32,000 bases of DNA from Candidatus Saccharimonas aalborgensis (GTDB taxonomy: Bacteria > Patescibacteriota > Saccharimonadia > Saccharimonadales > Saccharimonadaceae). The position numbers and the translations under genes are program-made. The DNA lies in NCBI RefSeq assembly GCF_000392435.1, contig NC_021219.1, forward strand, positions 480,001 to 512,000, written 5' to 3'. Each line of letters opens with the position of its first letter. Within the stretch, counting starts at the first letter, position 1. The notes beneath the pieces are model-generated. The model searched no databases, was not told where the DNA came from, and saw nothing but the letters and a program-made list of their open reading frames with translations. This document shows, in pieces, positions 25,816 through 32,000 of the stretch.

Positions 25816-27909
25816 CTACCTCGCTTTCTTATAGTGGCGCATGATCAACTTATCTATTGATTTTGCTCTCGCAACCCACGTATTATTATTTGCCTGTGTG
25901 TATAGTGTATTCCGCATCTCGGTGCTTTTACGAAGTTTTATTGCCTTTTGAACATTTTCGATAAACTTTTCACCACTCCGAGATAGTAAGACACCCTCAT
26001 AGCCTTGACACTCCCTTAAATCCTTTGTGCACACCGTCGGTAACCCCATCGCCATGTACTCAAAAAGTTTAACGGGTGAGGTTGATTTGGCTATTTCGCC
26101 TTCTACAAATGGGATAATCGCGGCATCGAAAAAGGAAGAATAATTGGGTAATTCGGCATACTGTTTTGGACCCAAATAATGAACGTTGTCGCGAATTGTA
26201 AGATATTGTAACCCACCATTATAGTCAACACCTATAAATACAAATTCTACTTCTGATAACTCGAGGGTCATTTTATTTATGAGAGCGTAGTCTAGCCATG
26301 GAGCCACCGCACCATAGTATCCAACAATACTCTTACCCGAATCAACTATCTCCTTTAAATCATTAGGGACAGGAGCCTTTCCCGACTTTGTATGGTCAAA
26401 ATGTGTAGAATCAACTGCATTTTCGTTAAGCAGAAGCTTGTCTGTAGGAAACCTCTCTTCTAGCTGTCCGTAAAGCTTTTTTGCAGAGGCAAGAAGGAAG
26501 GACGGATGTAGTTCCTCTAGTCTATCAAATACCTCGCGCTGGAGCGTAAGATCGCCACTAATGGTCTCGTCGAGTTCATCAATGTACTCATATATCAAAT
26601 TGAATCCCTTATTAACTATACTTTGCAACTTAGCAAACGACTTTGGATAGCCTGCTGGAAAGAGATAAAAGAGATTGACCTTATCTCGTACTGGCGAGAG
26701 GGCATCGATACACCAGTCACCGCCAACAAGTATTAGCTCGGGTGAAATGATTCTGTAACCCTCTAGCTCTGGATCCTGATAGATGACTAGGTAACCCAAT
26801 TTCGAAAGATTCTCTGCAAGGTGGTGGGGCCGCTGCCTCATAATGTTATCCCATGGCATACCACAGTAAACAATGACTGCCTTATGTTCAGTGGCCTTCA
26901 TTCTTAGAGTCTTAGCAAATCTCACTATCTCTAGCCGATCTTTCAGTTTGCCTACATATTGCGGCGTGTGCTTCACGGCACGGACGGATCGATAAAGACT
27001 TTTGGCAACATAGCGTTGAGGGCTCCCCTTTGGCATCACTTTTCCGACAGTATTAGCTAGTTTGTTTGCCACCCGTTGTCGTTTCGAGTTCGTTATCCGC
27101 CATAACTCATCGAGCTGCTCTTTTTGAGTACTGTTCTCGCGCTGCAGTCTCTCAATTTCCCCGTCTTGAGCAATTTTTTTCGTGATTACTGATTCAATAG
27201 CCCCCTGAAGCTCATGGAGGTAGTTCATTGAATAACTAGCGACTCCTTGTACGGCCTGCTCGGCGCTTGGGATCTCTTCGGTTTGTCTTGCGAAGATAAC
27301 TAGTATTTGACTTCCAGCCCAGTACGTTGGCTGTCTCCTTGATACGTCGACTGCGGCAATATGAACAACTCTCCACTCGTCACTACGATGGTTAAAGAAG
27401 TCATCTGTAAAGAAACTGGCGAAGTGTTCTGGGATTCTTTTGTCTACAGGCTCCCGATACGGCACCTGTACAACAAAATATTTTGAAGCGTACTGTGATA
27501 TTTTCGCAAATGTTGCCCATGGATCCTCGAAATGCTCAAAAATGTTTGAGGCATATATCACATCAAACTGTTTAGAATATTTCTCTGTAATTAAATCGAC
27601 CGCATCAAATTTAATTTTTGGATATTTTTTTGCAGCTGACTTGATAGCGTTATCTGAAAAATCAATACCATAGATCTTGCTATTAGGGAGAAAAGAGCGA
27701 ACCACCTCAGTACCGTCACCCTCCGCACACCCCCAGTCACATACTGATAGATTGCCGTTATTGACATGATCTACGAACCACTTGGGCAGGAGTTCCCGTG
27801 TGATATCTGCGAAAAAGATACTCTGCTTATCACCCTGCTCATCGTCCCAGTTTCCAGTGAAACGTTTATCCCAATACTTCTCGCTGTTAACGCTATTTTG
27901 ATCGATCAT
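25816..27909 (-). CDS. Bifunctional methyltransferase (N-term) - coiled coil - glycosyltransferase (C-term)
   Basis: SAM-binding VCDWGCAEGDGTEVV and YASNIFEHFEDPW; predicted coiled-coil segment EIERLQRENSTQKEQLDEL; then GT-like CGMPWDNIMRQRPHHLAENLSKLGY...VDSTHFDHTK...KLFEYMAMGLPTVCT. GGAGGT precedes ATG 27909; the ORF track starts at 27999. Confidence 0.75.
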   Translation of the reverse strand: MIDQNSVNSEKYWDKRFTGNWDDEQGDKQSIFFADITRELLPKWFVDHVNNGNLSVCDWGCAEGDGTEVVRSFLPNSKIYGIDFSDNAIKSAAKKYPKIKFDAVDLITEKYSKQFDVIYASNIFEHFEDPWATFAKISQYASKYFVVQVPYREPVDKRIPEHFASFFTDDFFNHRSDEWRVVHIAAVDVSRRQPTYWAGSQILVIFARQTEEIPSAEQAVQGVASYSMNYLHELQGAIESVITKKIAQDGEIERLQRENSTQKEQLDELWRITNSKRQRVANKLANTVGKVMPKGSPQRYVAKSLYRSVRAVKHTPQYVGKLKDRLEIVRFAKTLRMKATEHKAVIVYCGMPWDNIMRQRPHHLAENLSKLGYLVIYQDPELEGYRIISPELILVGGDWCIDALSPVRDKVNLFYLFPAGYPKSFAKLQSIVNKGFNLIYEYIDELDETISGDLTLQREVFDRLEELHPSFLLASAKKLYGQLEERFPTDKLLLNENAVDSTHFDHTKSGKAPVPNDLKEIVDSGKSIVGYYGAVAPWLDYALINKMTLELSEVEFVFIGVDYNGGLQYLTIRDNVHYLGPKQYAELPNYSSFFDAAIIPFVEGEIAKSTSPVKLFEYMAMGLPTVCTKDLRECQGYEGVLLSRSGEKFIENVQKAIKLRKSTEMRNTLYTQANNNTWVARAKSIDKLIMRHYKKAR

Positions 27910-28225
27910 GTGCGTTACCTCCAATTGTTGCCTCAAGTTCTTGTATTCTCTTTTCAAGCTCCTGTAGTCGTAGTTTATTGTCAGCAAGTGCGACTCCAAC
28001 TGACCTGATTACTTTATCGACATGGTATTCTGTCACATTACTTTTACGTTCAAGCAGTTTATTATACCTCTCAATATCACCATAATACTGGGATATGAAA
28101 GAATGAATATCGTCTGTTCCCGCTAATCTTGCGACTACGTACTTCATGCCTTTTTTGACACGTCGCGGAGTTATTTTCGAAATAGACCGGAGAGAGCTCC
28201 TCGCAATTTTTTTTATCTCACTCAT
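27893..28225 (-). CDS. Small hypothetical coiled-coil protein in the ABC-export operon
   Basis: 110 aa, basic N-terminus, ends LADNKLRLQELEKRIQELEATIGG; overlaps both flanking genes slightly. Confidence 0.55.
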   Translation of the reverse strand: MSEIKKIARSSLRSISKITPRRVKKGMKYVVARLAGTDDIHSFISQYYGDIERYNKLLERKSNVTEYHVDKVIRSVGVALADNKLRLQELEKRIQELEATIGGNAHDRSK

Positions 28226-29454
28226 CTCCTTCTATTATCACCCATCTCTATCGCCATAGCAAGTAGGTGATGGATTGAATAGTACTCTTTTCCAGAAGGA
28301 TCGAAGCGCTCCATTCGTTGAGGTCCGTCGGGAAATGCACGATATTCATCGTGTAATATATCAACGAGTTGCTGATGTTGCTTATCTCTATCAACAGACA
28401 CATGATAATCTGCTGGCTCCTCGGAGAATGCTGCATACTCAGAGACGACAGTCTTACAACCGGCCGCATTGGCTTTCGTTAGTGGCCCCGAAGATTCACC
28501 ACACGACGGAAATCGGAGTGACATAAAAAGCGATGTTTCGGCTATCATTCTATCCATATCACCATTAGATACATACCCATACAGTATTATGGCATTACTT
28601 GATGACTTATCTTTGACGTAAGCAGCAATATCATAGTCTGGATTACTTTTCCCAACAATACGTAGCTCTACTTTTTTCTTACCGCTACTATTAAGGCCTT
28701 GGTAAAACTCATCAAACGCATCTATTATTTCTGTGATTTGTTTTGAGGGGTTCATCCAACCAAATACACCCACCGAGAACTTACTCTTTTTTGTAGTCGA
28801 GATTGCCCCGCGAGAAATCATTTCAGGTGCATGACTAATTACCATATACTGCGGCTCATTCTTCCGACGTGATATGTAAGTAGCGCTTCTCTCACTACAG
28901 TATTTTGCAAGCGCATACTGTGAATGGAAAGCGATGATATCGCTCTGTTCATACACATGTGTAGCAGCGAGTGTTGAGTAGGGGAATATATTATCTGATC
29001 TACCTTCCCTATTCTGTTTCACGATCCATTCCACATCAGACCCAAAATCATACGCAGCAAAATATTTTAGGTCGTCCGGTATATAGCCATACTGGCGCAA
29101 TGTACACATCGCCTCGATATTCATCCACATGGCAGGCTCATGAACTACACTCACTGCAAGTCCGTTGTTTGCGAGGTGATGATGTAGTGACCTATGGATG
29201 TAGCGATGATACTCGTTATTGGCCAGGAAATAGATTGTTATGTCATCTGCCGTGCGTTTCACCTGCCGATAGTCGATCACTTGATATCCTCGATACTCAT
29301 TCACCCCTTGATCGAATAAGTCACTATCAATTACTAGTATTATCGAGGTCTTGGAGGGGCTTTTCTCCAGAAGATTCAGGACAAGATCAATATAATGTGC
29401 CGTACCCGTCTGAAGCGGCTCAATGGGAGTATAAAAATAAATACTGCCCATCAT
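28222..29454 (-). CDS. Glycosyltransferase (GT4-like)
   Basis: FSVGVFGWMNPSKQITEIIDAFDEFYQ...VELRIVGKSNPDY...MSLRFPSCGESSGPLTKANAAGCKTVVSEYAAF. Confidence 0.75.
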   Translation of the reverse strand: MMGSIYFYTPIEPLQTGTAHYIDLVLNLLEKSPSKTSIILVIDSDLFDQGVNEYRGYQVIDYRQVKRTADDITIYFLANNEYHRYIHRSLHHHLANNGLAVSVVHEPAMWMNIEAMCTLRQYGYIPDDLKYFAAYDFGSDVEWIVKQNREGRSDNIFPYSTLAATHVYEQSDIIAFHSQYALAKYCSERSATYISRRKNEPQYMVISHAPEMISRGAISTTKKSKFSVGVFGWMNPSKQITEIIDAFDEFYQGLNSSGKKKVELRIVGKSNPDYDIAAYVKDKSSSNAIILYGYVSNGDMDRMIAETSLFMSLRFPSCGESSGPLTKANAAGCKTVVSEYAAFSEEPADYHVSVDRDKQHQQLVDILHDEYRAFPDGPQRMERFDPSGKEYYSIHHLLAMAIEMGDNRRR

Positions 29455-30665
29455 TCAAGCACGCGTGAGTTGTTTTCAGTAGAGACAGATATTATTCCTT
29501 CATTGATTACCGAATAACCCATCACGCCTTTCCGCGTGGATATGAACTGCGTACAATCAATCCAACAATCGAGATAGCTATCCCTTGCCGGTGAATACAG
29601 ACTTATGTCAAAAAGGTATTCTCCGTCATTCAAAATGTTAGGAAAAGTGATCGTAACTATCGATTTGTTCCGCTTACGGCCCAATTCTGTTGTTGACATA
29701 TGTTCTTTTCCGCCAAAAAGTTTTTGTCCATTGCTGTTTTTTACCGCATAACCAAGTATGATATCTTCTTCTATGATTTTCTCGGTGGTGACAATAGTAG
29801 CAGTTACCTCGATATATGACTTACTCTCGCCCTGATCGTTCAAAACTCTTGAGCTCACTTTATCGAGATAGGCAGTTCTATCCCCCCACCTCGATAGAGC
29901 GATCTCGCTATGCAACAGGGGGTTAAAAAGGTCGGTATAAGCTCTCGTAACTGTCTCAACATCTCCACTTTCAACTATTTTTCCCTCTTCGATAAGAATC
30001 GCTCTATCACAGTACTCACTTACCGACGCCATATCATGCGTAACAAGTATAACTGTCTTACCTGTATTCTTTAGTGTCTTAAAGTAAGTAAAACACTTCT
30101 TTTGAAAGTCAGCATCACCCACGGCCAACACTTCGTCTACTACTAAGATATCCGCCTGTGCCATTGTTGCGCAGGCGAAGGCGAGTCGAACTTGCATGCC
30201 GCTACTGTAATTCTTTAGTTTCTGCTCCATGAAGTTTCCGAGCTCAGCAAATTCTACTATCTTTTGATAATTCTCATCTATTTCGTGCCGCGAGAAACCG
30301 AGAATCGCACCGTTAAGGTAAACGTTTTCTCTCCCGCTAAGTTCGGGATTAAACCCAACCCCTAACTCAATAAATGAGACTAGCTTACCGTCTATATTGA
30401 CCGATCCCTTTGTTGGCTGGTAGATACCAGATATTATTTTCAGCAGTGTGCTCTTACCACTTCCGTTTCTCCCGACGATTCCGAAAAATTCACCCTTCTT
30501 GACCGTGAAATCAACTCCAAGCAAGACACGATATATGTTATTCCCGCGTCGTTTCTTTATATTTGTGGTTACTACTCTCTTGAGAGAGTTCGTATCTTCT
30601 ACTGGGAGGACAAACTCTTTTGTCACCCCTCTTACTGTTATAGCGGCCTCGACACGTGCACTCAT
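29451..30665 (-). CDS. wzt: Polysaccharide ABC transporter ATPase with C-terminal carbohydrate-recognition domain (Wzt)
   Basis: Walker A GRNGSGKSTLLK, signature LKNYSSGMQVRLAFACA, Walker B ILVVDEVLAVGD; about 150-aa Wzt_C-like C-terminal domain. Start MSARVEA at 30665 follows GGAG; the ORF track starts at 30683. Confidence 0.9.
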   Translation of the reverse strand: MSARVEAAITVRGVTKEFVLPVEDTNSLKRVVTTNIKKRRGNNIYRVLLGVDFTVKKGEFFGIVGRNGSGKSTLLKIISGIYQPTKGSVNIDGKLVSFIELGVGFNPELSGRENVYLNGAILGFSRHEIDENYQKIVEFAELGNFMEQKLKNYSSGMQVRLAFACATMAQADILVVDEVLAVGDADFQKKCFTYFKTLKNTGKTVILVTHDMASVSEYCDRAILIEEGKIVESGDVETVTRAYTDLFNPLLHSEIALSRWGDRTAYLDKVSSRVLNDQGESKSYIEVTATIVTTEKIIEEDIILGYAVKNSNGQKLFGGKEHMSTTELGRKRNKSIVTITFPNILNDGEYLFDISLYSPARDSYLDCWIDCTQFISTRKGVMGYSVINEGIISVSTENNSRVLE

Positions 30666-30666
30666 G

Positions 30667-31494
30667 TTATACGTTCTCCGCAAAAAAAGCTGACTTCTTT
30701 ATATAATAACGATACCCTAACACCAGTGTAGCAACAGAAACGAGAGCGGGTACTATCGTTAAGAGTAGAGGGTAGGATGTATTAAATGCAGTAATCACAT
30801 GGTCATGTGGCACTAAAGCGTATCGTGCCCCTTGAATTGACTGGGTAACCGGACTTGCTAACATTATCGTAGCGATACTCGCCGGTACATACTGATATAA
30901 CGGGTAAAGAATGGGGGTGAAATAAAATGCTGCTTGCATAATTACATCCCAGATATGATTAATATCTCTATACTTCACATATATTGCACTGAGAAAAAAA
31001 CCAATTCCCATGGCAAATGCCGCCATCTCAAGCATAAATAGGAAAAAAGTTGGAAGATACCAAGTGAGTGGCACGCCAAGAAATATCATAAAGACAGCCA
31101 CAATTGATAAATTAATGATCACGTTGATCATTGCCGAAAGAGTTGATGATACAATAATGACCGTTTTGGGGAAATTAACCTTGCGAATCAAGTCTCCTTT
31201 TGCGACCACGGCACCTATACTACTGCTTGTAATCTCTGCAAACATATTCCACAGTATGATGCCGAGAAGTAAGTAAAGACCATAATATGGTATATCTCCC
31301 TTTACTCGCATAAAGTTTACGAGAATGATATACAGGATACAAAACATTGCAAGTGGTTTGAGAACGCTCCACAAATAACCAAGTACTGATCCTTGATATC
31401 GAAGCTTGAAGTCGGTTTTCACAAACTCCTTGAGAATTATCATGGAGTAGTTTGCCTTCTTCATTTTTGCTCTATCGTCTTTTATTTTTACCAC
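30667..31494 (-). CDS. wzm: ABC-2 type polysaccharide exporter permease (Wzm)
   Basis: LRYQGSVLGYLWSVLKPLAMFCILYIILVNFMR...FYFTPILYPLYQYVP, six-TM ABC2_membrane pattern. Confidence 0.9.
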   Translation of the reverse strand: MVKIKDDRAKMKKANYSMIILKEFVKTDFKLRYQGSVLGYLWSVLKPLAMFCILYIILVNFMRVKGDIPYYGLYLLLGIILWNMFAEITSSSIGAVVAKGDLIRKVNFPKTVIIVSSTLSAMINVIINLSIVAVFMIFLGVPLTWYLPTFFLFMLEMAAFAMGIGFFLSAIYVKYRDINHIWDVIMQAAFYFTPILYPLYQYVPASIATIMLASPVTQSIQGARYALVPHDHVITAFNTSYPLLLTIVPALVSVATLVLGYRYYIKKSAFFAENV

Positions 31495-31500
31495 ACTCCC

Positions 31501-31529
31501 ATAATACCATTGATCTCTAGTGATATAAT
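31501..31529. promoter_or_regulatory. Divergent leaderless-type promoters in the 41-bp gap between wzm and a glycosyltransferase
   Basis: Minus: TGG-TATTAT (31506-31501) + 6 nt + GTG 31494. Plus: TGA-TATAAT (31524-31529) + 6 nt + ATG 31536. Confidence 0.6.
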
Positions 31530-31535
31530 CAGCCT

Positions 31536-32000
31536 ATGAGAAATAAGGATCGTCTTCGGCTGCGCATATGTGACTCGTCGCCCTACGATAACCAACGTTC
31601 CGGTGTGGGTAATTACTCACATTTACTAAGGCAAGCCTTCGAGGGTTCAAGTAAGGTAGTCCTCTCGCCACCCCGTATTTTCATATCAAAGAAAATATCG
31701 GGCTACTTGTACCGACTAATGGAAAAGCTGTACAGTCATGGATTTCCCGTTCCCTATGATATTCTCCTTCCACAGGCTGACCTTACCCTTTTTACAAACT
31801 TCTCGACATGGCCAACCCTACGCACCAACTCTGTGATGACCGTTGTACACGACCTTACCTACATCAACTACCCAGAGGTTGTCGAGAGAAAGAATCTTGC
31901 TCACTTGAGGAGAGTTGTTCCTCGCAGCATCACTAGAGCGGACACTATCATCACGGTCTCAGAATCAATGAAAAAAGAGATATGTAATGTGTTCGCGATA
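31536..32000 (+). CDS. Glycosyltransferase (GT4-like) N-terminal part, truncated by the window edge
   Basis: Translated by eye: MRNKDRLRLRICDSSPYDNQRSGVGNYSHLLRQAFEGSS...TLFTNFSTWPTLRTNSVMTVVHDLTYINYPEVVERKNLAHLRRVVPRSITRADTIITVSESMKKEICNVF. Open to the end of the window. Confidence 0.8.
   Translation, partial: MRNKDRLRLRICDSSPYDNQRSGVGNYSHLLRQAFEGSSKVVLSPPRIFISKKISGYLYRLMEKLYSHGFPVPYDILLPQADLTLFTNFSTWPTLRTNSVMTVVHDLTYINYPEVVERKNLAHLRRVVPRSITRADTIITVSESMKKEICNVFAI

Noticed and set aside
1-32000. CRISPR array or cas genes, restriction-modification, toxin-antitoxin modules
   Set aside because: No short regularly spaced repeats. The direct repeats seen are within Ig coding units or the 38-bp gene junction. 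No nuclease or R-M motifs in the ORF track.
1-32000. Alternative genetic code (UGA=Gly) as in some CPR phyla
   Set aside because: UGA acts as a normal stop (e.g. 23387-23389, coupled to the next start), and the large ORFs are intact under the standard code.

Overview
This 32 kb window is bacterial. The gene set (LAxTG-type anchors, no UGA recoding, many leaderless-looking starts, surface-protein and glycan-export genes) suggests a monoderm CPR lineage such as Candidatus Saccharibacteria/TM7. That placement is inference from protein character, not a database result. Left part: (i) 3' end of a tandem Ig-like surface adhesin with an LASTG sorting signal; (ii) a minus-strand cluster with a secreted Ig-repeat protein carrying a C-terminal cytochrome-b5-like domain, a membrane protein, a ferric-reductase-like flavocytochrome and a membrane-anchored Ig-like protein; (iii) a calcineurin-like/purple-acid-phosphatase-like phosphoesterase with an LADTG sorting signal, preceded by a sigma70-type promoter that overlaps a perfect 7-1-7 Fur-family-like palindrome; (iv) remnants of a serine recombinase next to a tRNA-Asn(GTT) gene with a clear promoter and terminator. 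Middle: a beta-lactamase-like serine hydrolase, a LexA-type HTH-only protein, an O-antigen ligase/polymerase-like protein, a polyprenyl glycosylphosphotransferase, a large SGNH hydrolase, a GT4 glycosyltransferase, a NUDIX hydrolase, glmS and a mannose-1-phosphate guanylyltransferase. Right: a secreted FG-GAP/lysozyme-like protein, wecB, and a wzm/wzt polysaccharide ABC-export operon containing a methyltransferase-glycosyltransferase fusion. The best leads are the putative extracellular electron-transfer locus (3486-1455), the Fur-like operator, six precisely spaced leaderless promoters, the 38-bp duplicated gene-junction repeat, and the ABC-export operon with a possible chain-capping enzyme. 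No CRISPR array or obvious defence system was found.
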